A stretch of 64,000 nucleotides of DNA, taken from Giardia intestinalis. Taxonomy: Eukaryota. Within the stretch, counting starts at the first letter, position 1. Each line of letters begins with the position of its first letter. Of this stretch, positions 49,170-59,692 are shown piece after piece. The notes under the pieces were generated by a model that saw only the letters and a program-made list of their open reading frames with translations, did not search any database and was not told the DNA's origin. The stretch is taken from assembly GCA_000002435.2 (NCBI GenBank), contig CM018793.1; one strand, 5' to 3'. A program made the position numbers and the translations under genes.

Positions 49170-52100
49170 CTACTTATGGTATATTTCGATCCGTGACTGT
49201 CTTGTAAGGCTTTTGGTTACTCCAGATGTTACTTTTGAGTTGAGAAGGTGCTGCTGGTAGATAGCCGCTTGTTGCAGCTGCTGTGACTTTCTTTTTTCCC
49301 GTTCAAGCTCAAACCGTAAGAATTGCTCAGTCGTGAGGTTTGACGGTTGTTCTGAGGTACTATTAATCGAGCTGATGTTGAGACATGGACTCTCATGCAA
49401 ATTGGACAGAGCAAGGTCGTCTCTGGCCTTCTTTTTCGACACGCTTGAATGGGCCGTTTGAGACGGGGGTACCCTCGTACTCAGCGTAGATGTTCTAGTT
49501 GCAAAGGTGGTGCTGCTGGGGCGCTGTGTACTTGTCCGTGCAAGGCTGCTTAGGCTGTTCAATTTAGATTGTACCAATATTGAGCCACTTCTTGTTCGCT
49601 GAGTCTGGGCAATAGAGTATGTATTTAGATTATCCATAACACACATAGCCGGTAGGTCGCCTGTCCGTCCACTAGGAGATCCGAGAGACGTGATAAACTT
49701 TTCAGGCTTGGGAGCCGTTTTTGGACGGATTTTCTTAACCGTTCCCGAAGAGGACAGTGCATATTCGTACGGTTTTGCTGTATAATTTGAATAAGGCCGT
49801 ACCATATTCAATCCTACTGAGCCTGGGGGCTTTGATGGAGTGACCATAGAAGGGGTGGTAACAATGGGGGTTCCTCCCCGAGGAGGAGACACGGGCCCTG
49901 CAGCCTCGCTTGCGATCCGCTCGCGCTCATGCTCTCGATCCTCGTACTCGCTACGCAAAAACGTTACATAGTCTAGTGGAACAGGAACAGGCATGAGCTC
50001 CAGAGGTAGGACTATTGCTGCATGCTGAGACGGTTGCCGTGGAGCCTGTTGAACATAGCCAGGAAGATGCGCAGCTGTTCCACCATAAGCATAGCCTCCA
50101 ACGGACTCACTTAAGCCCATTGCCTGTTCATCAGAGGTGAGCTCATGGGATGTTTCTAAAATGCTCTTAGTCTGCTGTCCATCCACGGTCTGGAGGACAC
50201 TACTGACCGCCCTTGTCTGCCCATCAGACTTATAAAGATATTGAACTCCGCTGTTCTTGTACTCACTATTCTCTACGTTCTCGGTAAGATCACTAATGGT
50301 TGTCGTGTATGCCGAACCACTGCGAGCTTTGGGTGCAGGTCCAGTCATCGGACGGCTGTGGGGCCTACTACATGGTTGTAAGCCGCCAATAATAATAGCT
50401 GCATGCTTACCCTCACAGCATTCATGTATTACATTCGAAGACTTTCCATACTCCCTTTGAAACCACATGCAGATCTGCAGGAGCTTGTCAAAGCGCTCCA
50501 TGAGCTTCTCCCGCTCTACAAAGCTACTCTCTTCGACCTCTTTCAATCTCATTTGAAGAATATTAAGCTCGTATTGAAAATGCTTGGTTAGTTCTTCACG
50601 TTGATTTATCATCATACAGTCCAGTTCTACAGCAAAGGTACTCTTTTCTGACTCAAGCGCACACCTAATTTTAGATTCCAGTTCGGCCTGGTCTCTGCTT
50701 TCTTCAGCGTACTCTTGTGCGATACGTGGCAAAGAATTTATGAGCTCTGTGTTCTTAGTATACAATTCCTTTGTGTCTGCAAGAAGACGCTTTATCTCTT
50801 GATCGTGTTGCTTCTGCATCTTTTCCACAGTGGCGTCAAATCTCTGGGTCGTTGCACTGAGCTCCCTCGTCAGGGACAAGATCTGCTGCTTCTGATCGCT
50901 TATTTGCTTGAGAAGGGCTTCTTTTGTCTGTCTACTCTGAGCCTGAACCTCCAGGAGATCGTTTGATCGTTGATCCAGCTTTGCTTGAACCTGATTAAGT
51001 GAGTTCTGTAGGGCTTTGTTAGCCTTTGCTGGATCAGTATGAGAGGCGGAGCGGCGCCTCTTGGGACTACTAATTATGTGATCCGATGTTTCTAATTGTC
51101 GTGCAGAGGCAACACGACTTCCAGTATTACCACTGGTAGGCCGTGCACCCATTATGATATTTCCGTCTTCATCAATGATTTCTCCATTGGGACCAATGGT
51201 GTATTCACCTGTCTCTTTGAGCACTTCAACCATCTCATTAATACGGCCCTGCAATGCCTTGCGTAATTCTTCCTCTTTTGATAACTGCGTGCGGACATCT
51301 ATCAGTTCAGACGTGAGCCGCCTTACCTTAGACTCCAGATCTGCTGAAGACAAATCAATTATTGAAACACGGGGCTGGTTAATGATATTTCTACATCTAT
51401 GTGCAAACTGTATTGTCGATAGAGTTTCATCATAATTGGATTTCAATGGGTACACTGTGCATATCATGGTAGTGTGGCAGGAGCCTCCTAAAGCGTGCTG
51501 GAGTATCCGGGTCAGTTTAGAATCTCTGTAGGGAATGTGTGGTAAGTTCTTTGCCAGTGCCTGGACAACGTTCCCAAGGGCAGAGAGGCTTCTATTGATG
51601 CTAGCAGCCTCTAACTTTCTTGTTCCATCAGACGCTGATTTGGACAACCTCTCAGAACCCGCGAGATCTGCAAAGGTCAAGACAGAAGACCGGGTTGTCC
51701 CATTTACCCGATCATTTTGAACAACTGCAACAGAGAAAATAGCATGGGATCGTGACGAGCGTTCATTTGCTGCCGTTGCAAACGTTACTCTTCGATTGAT
51801 ACCTTTTTTAAGCAGTGCAAGCATAGCATCTGCTGAAGAAACTGGATGAGCAGAAAGCCCCTCCGCATACACAGCGCCGGTTGTTGTCTCACGAAGCTGT
51901 AGGATCTTGGAATCCTGCTGCTTTGCAGGTGTTGCATTGCTAACGATAGAAGGCTCCGCACCAGCACTGGAGGCATCCGGCTCCACAAGTTGTCTGGTAC
52001 TGCCGAATGAGCCCATTGTGCTACTTTGTACAGGTGGTTTATCATCTAGTAAGTCATACGTGTTATCCAGATAGAGCTCGAGGAACGATACAACAAACTG

Positions 52101-52496
52101 AATCTCAGCGCTCCCTTCCCTTGCTTGGCGCTGCTGGAAAAGATACCTGATGGTCCTCGTTACCATACCTTCATTATTTTTTTCTCCAAAGGTGGTGAAC
52201 GATTTCCCTGATCCGGTAGCACCGTAGCAACAAATAGTTCCGTTATAGCCATCTAAAACTTTATCGGCGATGGGGAGCGCTATGTTTTCAAATATGAACA
52301 CCTGAGAAGTTGTGCCCGGCCACATGCCATCTAGCTGATACTCCTTTTCTGCAGCAGTTCCGTCCACCGCAAAATCTCTGGCTTCTGCTATGCTGAGGGT
52401 GGTTCCTCCAGCGGTAGTAGACACGCTCATCTTTATCTGCTCTGCATCATCAGGGACTGGTCTGCACCGCAGGTGAACCTCCACTTTGGTTGACAT
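49170..52496 (-). CDS. kinesin-like protein (1108 aa, N-terminal motor, long tail)
   Basis: GATGSGKSFT, SSRSHAIF, DLAGSERL. Convergent with the previous kinesin across a 375-bp A/T-rich gap. Confidence 0.9.
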   Translation of the reverse strand: MSTKVEVHLRCRPVPDDAEQIKMSVSTTAGGTTLSIAEARDFAVDGTAAEKEYQLDGMWPGTTSQVFIFENIALPIADKVLDGYNGTICCYGATGSGKSFTTFGEKNNEGMVTRTIRYLFQQRQAREGSAEIQFVVSFLELYLDNTYDLLDDKPPVQSSTMGSFGSTRQLVEPDASSAGAEPSIVSNATPAKQQDSKILQLRETTTGAVYAEGLSAHPVSSADAMLALLKKGINRRVTFATAANERSSRSHAIFSVAVVQNDRVNGTTRSSVLTFADLAGSERLSKSASDGTRKLEAASINRSLSALGNVVQALAKNLPHIPYRDSKLTRILQHALGGSCHTTMICTVYPLKSNYDETLSTIQFAHRCRNIINQPRVSIIDLSSADLESKVRRLTSELIDVRTQLSKEEELRKALQGRINEMVEVLKETGEYTIGPNGEIIDEDGNIIMGARPTSGNTGSRVASARQLETSDHIISSPKRRRSASHTDPAKANKALQNSLNQVQAKLDQRSNDLLEVQAQSRQTKEALLKQISDQKQQILSLTRELSATTQRFDATVEKMQKQHDQEIKRLLADTKELYTKNTELINSLPRIAQEYAEESRDQAELESKIRCALESEKSTFAVELDCMMINQREELTKHFQYELNILQMRLKEVEESSFVEREKLMERFDKLLQICMWFQREYGKSSNVIHECCEGKHAAIIIGGLQPCSRPHSRPMTGPAPKARSGSAYTTTISDLTENVENSEYKNSGVQYLYKSDGQTRAVSSVLQTVDGQQTKSILETSHELTSDEQAMGLSESVGGYAYGGTAAHLPGYVQQAPRQPSQHAAIVLPLELMPVPVPLDYVTFLRSEYEDREHERERIASEAAGPVSPPRGGTPIVTTPSMVTPSKPPGSVGLNMVRPYSNYTAKPYEYALSSSGTVKKIRPKTAPKPEKFITSLGSPSGRTGDLPAMCVMDNLNTYSIAQTQRTRSGSILVQSKLNSLSSLARTSTQRPSSTTFATRTSTLSTRVPPSQTAHSSVSKKKARDDLALSNLHESPCLNISSINSTSEQPSNLTTEQFLRFELEREKRKSQQLQQAAIYQQHLLNSKVTSGVTKSLTRQSRIEIYHK

Positions 52497-52556
52497 TCAA
52501 CTGAAAAATTGCAAATCCTGGGAGTTTTTTTGATGCCAACCTCTGTAAGCCCTACC

Positions 52557-53867
52557 CTACTCTGGCGTGCATTCTTCAAGCAGCTCCATTGCACAGCTCA
52601 GGTTTTTGATATCTTCAGAGAGTAGCTTAATTTGTGATTCTAAATCATCAGATCCACCTTTCTCGCCAAGGACATGGTTTTTGTCAAGTGACGTATATGT
52701 TGTTAATAAGCTTTCTATTGTGCTCTCTGACACTGTATGAGCCTTGTCATTCCGCGTTTTCTCTGATTTATTGTTATTTGCTTGGTGACTATCCATCATC
52801 CGCAAATGTTCTTGAGGAGGGAGATTTGGTTCGGTAGATTTTATTACTGTAGCTGGATTGGAACCCTGGATCTGCGGATGTTGAGGTGGAAGGTTAATAT
52901 CCATTGAATGAGCATAATCCGTTAGATGGCTTGCTTCTCGAGAGGTACTACATGGACTATGGAGAGATTCTGGTTCAGTTACTGCTTGTTTTCTCAACGA
53001 GCATTGTGTTTCAGAGGTGAACGGAGGTATGGGAGGAGTCAACGCTGAATCCAAGCGTATAGCCTCACAAATGGAGATGGGTTGCGGAGATGATATTTTT
53101 TCATATCTATCCACTGTCATTCTTGCTTCCTGCAGGTAGTTTTCGAGGTCTTTTCCATCAATCCCAACCAATTCCAAAACTCTTCGCATTGTTCTCACCT
53201 CCTGCTTATATCGTAATATAACGTCCTCCATTCGTTTCTGAACAGCCATAAATTGGCTTTCGAATTCATCGTGAGACTTTATTGCCTTATTGGCCAATCT
53301 CCAGATTGCAGCCTTGCATAGGTCCAGGTCTGTAGAATCCGATGGTACCCTGCAAGCGGATGTATTAATAGTACCGGCATTGACAATCTTAAATGAGTCG
53401 GGTGACAAACACGACGAGATACTCTCGCTGTCTTCGTTGTTGTGGATTGCATTTATCTGTTGACCTGAGGCCGCGTGACTGGCAGAACAATCGTCCTTAG
53501 CTGGTTTCTTCCCATGTTTAAGAACCAATGCTAGCATGTCATCGTCTCCACAATCCACTGCAGCGTCAAGGGGACTGAGATGCCCGGGGATAGCTCCCAT
53601 GTCATATTCATGGGGAAGAAGGGCCTCCACTGCCTCTTGAAAGTGCTCGATGATTGCTATAATAAGCGCACTCTGACCACGTGAGTTTACGCATCTGCTC
53701 TCGTGATCCATAAGATTTTTTACCATCTCGATGTTCCTCTGTCGCACAGCACACATTAAAGCTGTCTCTCCACACTCGTTAATACTGCATGACAAGTTCT
53801 CTATATGTGTAGCCACATACTCTAAATTTCCGGCTCTAACAGCCTGAAACCATTCTGCGGACGTCAT
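52557..53867 (-). CDS. ankyrin-repeat protein (protein 21.1-like)
   Basis: N-terminus MTSAEWFQAVRAGNLEYV...GETALMCAVRQRNIEMVKNL matches the N-terminal architecture of the gene at 5788-10671. Confidence 0.7.
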   Translation of the reverse strand: MTSAEWFQAVRAGNLEYVATHIENLSCSINECGETALMCAVRQRNIEMVKNLMDHESRCVNSRGQSALIIAIIEHFQEAVEALLPHEYDMGAIPGHLSPLDAAVDCGDDDMLALVLKHGKKPAKDDCSASHAASGQQINAIHNNEDSESISSCLSPDSFKIVNAGTINTSACRVPSDSTDLDLCKAAIWRLANKAIKSHDEFESQFMAVQKRMEDVILRYKQEVRTMRRVLELVGIDGKDLENYLQEARMTVDRYEKISSPQPISICEAIRLDSALTPPIPPFTSETQCSLRKQAVTEPESLHSPCSTSREASHLTDYAHSMDINLPPQHPQIQGSNPATVIKSTEPNLPPQEHLRMMDSHQANNNKSEKTRNDKAHTVSESTIESLLTTYTSLDKNHVLGEKGGSDDLESQIKLLSEDIKNLSCAMELLEECTPE

Positions 53868-53950
53868 TTATTTTTGGTTCGGCTTTGTTCTAGATTTGGT
53901 TAATAAGATTTAGTTAGTAAGGGATTGCAAGAGACCTAAAGAAGCCGAAT

Positions 53951-54745
53951 TCACTGCTTAATGGGAAATTCCTTTGAGATCAGGTAGCTGATAGCGGCAT
54001 ATGCGGCCCAGACACCGAACATTGTGGTTATGATGGAAAACGATGGCAGGCTTAGTTTATACCCTTCACTATCCTTTGGGTGTTCGACGGGTGTCTCCGT
54101 CGTGTATACACACACAACACTACCAGACCTAATGTTCATATCAAACAACTTGTTCCGCACTTTCCTGGCAAGTGGACACACAGTCGTATTCCAAACTAAA
54201 TCGAGTCTTATTTGGCCGGGATCTCTTTTCCTTGCAGCGCCCATTGAGGACACGATGGGAACGTTGTTTGTGAGACAATAGGCTATGATCTCACACTTTT
54301 GTATGAACAAGTCTATGGCGTCTATAACAATGTCGGGCTTATGCTGGGCAGCATACACCTTCATCTCCTCTCCGCCAATCTTTTCACGGTAGACGGTGAC
54401 ATTGCAATATGGGTTGATGCGCTCTATCCGTTCCTTCATAATGTCCACCTTGTACTCACCAATGGTCTGTGTTGTAGCTACTATTTGGCGATTAATGTTA
54501 GATACCTCAACAACATCCTTATCGACAAGTATAATAGTCCCTACTCCACACCTGGCAAGCATTTCCGCTGCGAACCCTCCAACAGCACCTACACCCACAA
54601 CCATGACAACAGCCTTCTGGAGTGCGTTGAATGCATCTTTCCCTTTGCAGAGGATAAATCTCTGGAAAATATCCTCTGGAGCGTAAGCAGTTACTGGGGC
54701 GTCTCTTTTGACAGCGGGCTCCGGCGCATCGGTAGTTGGATTCAT
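53951..54745 (-). CDS. ThiF/MoeB-superfamily E1-like enzyme, best resembling TcdA/CsdL tRNA threonylcarbamoyladenosine dehydratase (ct6A synthase)
   Basis: Rossmann VGVGAVGG, SNINRQ, IDAID...IAYC, CVYTTE and a C-terminal hydrophobic helix, collinear with E. coli TcdA. Confidence 0.7.
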   Translation of the reverse strand: MNPTTDAPEPAVKRDAPVTAYAPEDIFQRFILCKGKDAFNALQKAVVMVVGVGAVGGFAAEMLARCGVGTIILVDKDVVEVSNINRQIVATTQTIGEYKVDIMKERIERINPYCNVTVYREKIGGEEMKVYAAQHKPDIVIDAIDLFIQKCEIIAYCLTNNVPIVSSMGAARKRDPGQIRLDLVWNTTVCPLARKVRNKLFDMNIRSGSVVCVYTTETPVEHPKDSEGYKLSLPSFSIITTMFGVWAAYAAISYLISKEFPIKQ

Positions 54746-54775
54746 TTTTCTTTACGAGAAAAGATCCCGCATCAT

Positions 54776-55528
54776 TCACTTCACTTGCCTGGCATAAGTG
54801 TTGATCTCATCCGCGGCTAGCAGGCGGAACTGCCCCCCTGTCTCATCCCCAATGATTCCTATTTCTACTGTCTTGCCGTCGATGTCGCCATCCACGTACT
54901 CATGAAGACAGGTCAAGCCAATGAGAATGCCGTCGCTGATACTGACAGACTCGTTGTACCGCTTTTCCAAGAAATCTCGGGCCTGGCTCGACTGGTTTCC
55001 GTTAGCGCACGCCTTCCACGTATAGTAGCTTCCCGAGCTGTCTACTTGGTAAAGAATGTATGGATTAATACGGCTGCCATTTGCTTCCGTCTCGTGCTCA
55101 GTGGCCATAGATTTGCCTGCGAGCAAGACAGAACAGCCAAAGGGGCGCACACCGCCCCGCTGCGTGTACTCTTGCATTGTAGATGCTATGTCACGAGCTA
55201 ACATATTAACGGGCATGGACTCCTGAAACTCGTTCCAGTATTGCTCATAAGACTTTCTACCAAGATTAAGTAGATTGCGAAAATCGGCTGAGAAGCCACT
55301 GTATGTGATACCAAGGCTGGGAGACACATTATCTACCAAACTGATAGTAGGGTAATCAACCAGAGGGTTCTCTGCTGCCTTATGACACATCAACACAACC
55401 CCATTGGCGCACTTAATCCCTATTGAGAGCCTTCCTCCATCAACAGCCGCCAATGCATAGGTTATTTGACGTAAGTGGCCCGACGGAGAAAAGGTGGTCA
55501 GGGAAAAGCTGTAAGCAAGCTCGTTCAT
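54776..55528 (-). CDS. PSMA2: 20S proteasome subunit alpha type-2
   Basis: YSFSLTTFSPSGHLRQITYALAAV, MQEYTQRGGVRPFGCSVLL and FLEKRYNE are collinear with human PSMA2/yeast Pre8. Confidence 0.9.
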   Translation of the reverse strand: MNELAYSFSLTTFSPSGHLRQITYALAAVDGGRLSIGIKCANGVVLMCHKAAENPLVDYPTISLVDNVSPSLGITYSGFSADFRNLLNLGRKSYEQYWNEFQESMPVNMLARDIASTMQEYTQRGGVRPFGCSVLLAGKSMATEHETEANGSRINPYILYQVDSSGSYYTWKACANGNQSSQARDFLEKRYNESVSISDGILIGLTCLHEYVDGDIDGKTVEIGIIGDETGGQFRLLAADEINTYARQVK

Positions 55529-55619
55529 TTATTTTTGAAAAGGCAGAGCAAATTTATCTACTCCCAGAGAACATAGAGCGGCCTCTACACATCCGTTTCC
55601 GAGCTCATGACTGTAGCAT

Positions 55620-58600
55620 GTGTTTCTAAACAGAAAAAAGCTAATACATGTGTTAGCAAAGAAGGTATCGTTCATTCACAGAAACTGGGCTCAACTGGAA
55701 ACCGCACTTGATCCTAATGCCAGAAAAAACATCCCCATGCTCCACCTAGATATACGAGAGCTCATTGTTCCTCAGCGAATGCCTGGGACTCATGTAACGT
55801 TGACGTTAACGTTCAGGAATAGGCTTCGCAATACAGTAGACTGCGAATTCGTTCATCCAGGGTCACTGCGCCGCAGACAGACGAATGGATCTGTTTGTAT
55901 CATCTATCCGTCAGAGGTGATCACTCCAATACCCTGGATGTCGCACTTAAGTCATGAGCTCACTGTGACAGCAGAGATATTCAATGACGACGCCATGCTC
56001 TATGAAACGACTGTAAGAGTAGCACCTCTGAAGGTGAAGCACATCCTATCCGGAAAACGAATGTTTCTGGAGCTTCCAATGGACAAGGTATCCTGTGCTG
56101 CCGTCTGCATCTGTAAGGACATGACAGAAAGGTCATCCAAAGTATTTCTACAAAAGATGCCATTGAATCATATTATTCCGTTGTTTCCAGAGCCCATCAT
56201 TGACTGCTATCTGATTGTAGATGCGGGATACATCATTAGGCGCTCCATATATGATCGATACACTAGGACTACACCTGAGAAAATACCCATAAGTTTGGCC
56301 TCGAAACTGAGGAGAGTATCTATTGTTCTTCGAGGCCTTGTGGGAGACGTTGTTTGGGAGTCAATGGTGTACAACGGAGAAGTAGACCCCAAAACAGGTG
56401 AAATAATAATGTATGAGCTCATTAACGGATTGGATGCGGTTGCAATTAACGTTCTATCCGCCTTATATAAGTCTATTTTCACCAAGAGCAAAGGCAGAGC
56501 CAAAATTAAGATTGGTCAGTCAAGTGAAAGTAGAGGAGATCATTCATCCGCCAAGAAAACAAGGCGTCAACAAGAAAAAGATTATAAGCTTCTGCTTAAT
56601 GCTTGTGTGATGGAAGGCATTGTTGCTGCTCCTAGTTGTGGCGCAGGTCTTTCACGCACTCGTGGCCCATCACTGATTGAAGTACTCGCATCCATTAAAG
56701 GCCTGTCGCACAACAATCTTAATCCGATGGATCTACTGGCAAGCTATTCGACTTGCGATTGCAGCCAGTCCACTTTGACTTTTGATAGACTAAAGAGCTT
56801 GATGTCAGAGAACCCAAACATGTGGGTAATAGCCAAACGAATCCGCAATTGGATCTCTGTCGTTGACCATAAGCATATCTTAGCTGGTCTGGTCCGAAAT
56901 TACATCAGCCCCACGCACCTCACTGTTCCCGAGCGCATTGGCAAGAGTCAGCTCCACGATATCCTGCGCGATTGTGACGATGATAATGTGTGTTACGTTC
57001 TTAGCATTGTTTGCAGGGATGCCATGACTCTTCCAAGAGTTACAATAGGAGAAAATACCTATTTTGCTCCCACATCAAGCGAGCAAGTGTCCCCTTACAA
57101 ATGGCTGCAGACAGGTGATGACAGCATAAATGGTCTGCACAGATTTTGTCTCCACTATGATATTCCTCAAAAGTCTGTGTGCAACTTTCTGTGGGAGCGA
57201 CTATGCATTGCAGATCCTTCGAGTAATATGACGGACCCCACGGCTGAGATGGTGATGAATAAGTTATCTTTATTGTTAACTGCAGCACTCAACACAGGAA
57301 CCGTCGAAAAGTGGCGCAATGGGAGAGGTAAGACATATTCTCTTCGGTCTTTATTCATCGATCTAATCATTTATATTGTTACTACTGTAGAAATGCAGCC
57401 GTTACATGTGCTATACCAAGACGATGCAAATGGACCGGAGGTTGAAGTTAGCCAGTCGTACGAGTCAGAAGAAAGCATTCTGTGCGTGGATCCTCTGGAA
57501 GAAGTCCAGCAAATAGAGCATTTGGCCTCAGAAGAATACAGTTGCCCGAAAGCGTTGCTGTTTTCGAGGCATGTTCAGCAACATGTCAATGAGGTGATCA
57601 GCAGCCAATCTAGCTCCTTAAGCAAACCGTCTGCATCACAATCACTGTGTGTCCAGGGAGAGACACGCATGCTGCACTCACTAAGTTCAGAGGTGTCTCT
57701 CTCTATTGCCGACTTGGCCACAGAACCTAAAAATGAAGATCATCAGGCTGCTGACCCCGTCGATCAAATTCACCTGCCAGCAATTCCTCGACCCAATAAC
57801 GGAGTACGAAGGCAGATTCATACACCACAAGATAAAGCAAGATTGGCAAGTAGCACTTCACTAATCAGCCAGGCTGCATCCTCTGCCTTCAGCGATGTGT
57901 CCTGTCAAGAAGATGATGTTATCTTATCAACTATAGACTATACTGATCGCTCAAAGGGTTCAGTGGGAAGAACTGGGACAAAAACTGTGATTGGCCCTGT
58001 TCTAGGGTCATCCTACTCTTCACTCATCAATGTCTCTCGATTGAATACTCCAATTTGCGACCTTTCTTTCTCTTCTTCTCCTTCTAACGCACTACCACCG
58101 TTATATTCGAATATCTTTACGGATATGATTAAGCTCATAACGCAGGAAAAAGCTTGCACTACGGGACAAAGGATGCTTGATCAATGGACAGAGGACCTTA
58201 TAGAAGCGGTCGTTGCACCAACCACCCAATTTGCCAACCCCACGTGGGGACATAAACAGATGCATGCTATGCAGGACCTTTGTGTAGCCGCAGCACACCT
58301 TAAGCACATCATACTCACGCTCAGTTCATGCATTGAAAACGTGGACAAGGAGCAGGTGAGGTTCTTAATTATGAGTATCTTGTCTGATAGAGATCTAGAG
58401 CATCTATTGCTTTCTCTTAATGAACCCCTCCTCTCCTTCCATAGTAAGCTTACTAGCAGCACCAAGGAGACACAGACCATAAGCAGTTTCGCATCAAACC
58501 TTCCTCACAACTTGCCCCGCGAAAGCTCTCCCTTTGATTTTTCAGCTCTACAAGAAAAGATGTCTTTGAATGACAGGGTTATAGACTCTATACTGGAGAA

Positions 58601-58901
58601 AGCGACGGCCTATGCCTCCTCCCTATCTCCTAATAGACACACCATCAACACAGCATCAATTCCAAGCGTGCAACGTAGCACTGACACATTTATATCTGGC
58701 AATATCGGATTCGCAAGGTCCAGCAGCAAGGACACTAACTATCTTTTTGAGTCCAACTACGAGAGTAGGGCTGGAACGCCCGACATATGCCAGATGCTGG
58801 AGTCGATAGAAGGTGGTGACTGTGATCAACAACTAATTGAACCAGCCACTTGGGACTACGGAGTTTGCCCATATGAATGCCAACGTCTCATACTAACATA
58901 A
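55620..58901 (+). CDS. hypothetical 1093-aa protein
   Basis: Intact long ORF, no recognised domain. Confidence 0.55.
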   Translation: MFLNRKKLIHVLAKKVSFIHRNWAQLETALDPNARKNIPMLHLDIRELIVPQRMPGTHVTLTLTFRNRLRNTVDCEFVHPGSLRRRQTNGSVCIIYPSEVITPIPWMSHLSHELTVTAEIFNDDAMLYETTVRVAPLKVKHILSGKRMFLELPMDKVSCAAVCICKDMTERSSKVFLQKMPLNHIIPLFPEPIIDCYLIVDAGYIIRRSIYDRYTRTTPEKIPISLASKLRRVSIVLRGLVGDVVWESMVYNGEVDPKTGEIIMYELINGLDAVAINVLSALYKSIFTKSKGRAKIKIGQSSESRGDHSSAKKTRRQQEKDYKLLLNACVMEGIVAAPSCGAGLSRTRGPSLIEVLASIKGLSHNNLNPMDLLASYSTCDCSQSTLTFDRLKSLMSENPNMWVIAKRIRNWISVVDHKHILAGLVRNYISPTHLTVPERIGKSQLHDILRDCDDDNVCYVLSIVCRDAMTLPRVTIGENTYFAPTSSEQVSPYKWLQTGDDSINGLHRFCLHYDIPQKSVCNFLWERLCIADPSSNMTDPTAEMVMNKLSLLLTAALNTGTVEKWRNGRGKTYSLRSLFIDLIIYIVTTVEMQPLHVLYQDDANGPEVEVSQSYESEESILCVDPLEEVQQIEHLASEEYSCPKALLFSRHVQQHVNEVISSQSSSLSKPSASQSLCVQGETRMLHSLSSEVSLSIADLATEPKNEDHQAADPVDQIHLPAIPRPNNGVRRQIHTPQDKARLASSTSLISQAASSAFSDVSCQEDDVILSTIDYTDRSKGSVGRTGTKTVIGPVLGSSYSSLINVSRLNTPICDLSFSSSPSNALPPLYSNIFTDMIKLITQEKACTTGQRMLDQWTEDLIEAVVAPTTQFANPTWGHKQMHAMQDLCVAAAHLKHIILTLSSCIENVDKEQVRFLIMSILSDRDLEHLLLSLNEPLLSFHSKLTSSTKETQTISSFASNLPHNLPRESSPFDFSALQEKMSLNDRVIDSILEKATAYASSLSPNRHTINTASIPSVQRSTDTFISGNIGFARSSSKDTNYLFESNYESRAGTPDICQMLESIEGGDCDQQLIEPATWDYGVCPYECQRLILT

Positions 58902-58946
58902 CCAAGCAAACCCAAGTAAATTGGGCAAATCAGATTAATTTTATTT

Positions 58947-59681
58947 TTGTCTTTCGGTTTCAAACGAAGAGAACAGGGAATGGAGCAAGTTGTTCTTTTT
59001 GATTCGCCGTCCATTAAGATACTGAATCCAGAGACACCCTTCCTAGAGCCTCTTTCATTAGAAATTAAGCTTCATCTTCTCGAGAAACTTTCAAGTCCTT
59101 TAGTTTGGTCCGTAGAATATGTTGACGGAGTTTCGCCGGAACAGTCGCTTATTCAGGTCCCAATAGGCCCACCTACTGCACAGAAATTGAAGTTTGTCCT
59201 CACTGTGCCACCTCCTACCCCCTCTGCCATCTCCGTCTCCGGCCTCCTCACCTCTGCAGTGTATCGTATTACCATACAATATAAAGAGGCCTATGTCTGG
59301 AGTACTGCCTTATATTTGTCGTGTACCGATACTTCTGGAAAACACAGACCACCAGTTGACGAGGAACTTTCAGGAGACTCTATCCATACAACCGAACCGG
59401 ATACGGATCATTCACAAGATGATGAGGTTGCGAGCCATCTGCTTGAAGATGAGTCTGAGGACAGCGAAGATCAGACTAATGGTAGCTCTGAAACTGTTGA
59501 CGACAGTTCCTCGCAAGGCTCTCGTCCTGATGCAGAGCCCGAAATGAAGAAGGTTCCTCCACAACCATTGCAAATGGGATCTGAAGATATGTTTTCCACA
59601 TTTGTCAAGACAGTTACCCTTCTATCGCGTGAAACGAAACAAGGCATTTACACTTTAGAGCCTAACGAGACCTTCTCTTAG
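58947..59681 (+). CDS. ASF1: ASF1-like histone chaperone with acidic C-terminal tail (divergent)
   Basis: Collinear pattern with the ASF1 core: ILNPETPF..EI...LE.L...L.W...YV....S...Q.L..V.IGP......KFV....P.P..I. Acidic D/E-rich tail. Confidence 0.55.
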   Translation: MSFGFKRREQGMEQVVLFDSPSIKILNPETPFLEPLSLEIKLHLLEKLSSPLVWSVEYVDGVSPEQSLIQVPIGPPTAQKLKFVLTVPPPTPSAISVSGLLTSAVYRITIQYKEAYVWSTALYLSCTDTSGKHRPPVDEELSGDSIHTTEPDTDHSQDDEVASHLLEDESEDSEDQTNGSSETVDDSSSQGSRPDAEPEMKKVPPQPLQMGSEDMFSTFVKTVTLLSRETKQGIYTLEPNETFS

Positions 59682-59692
59682 CTTCTAAGTCT

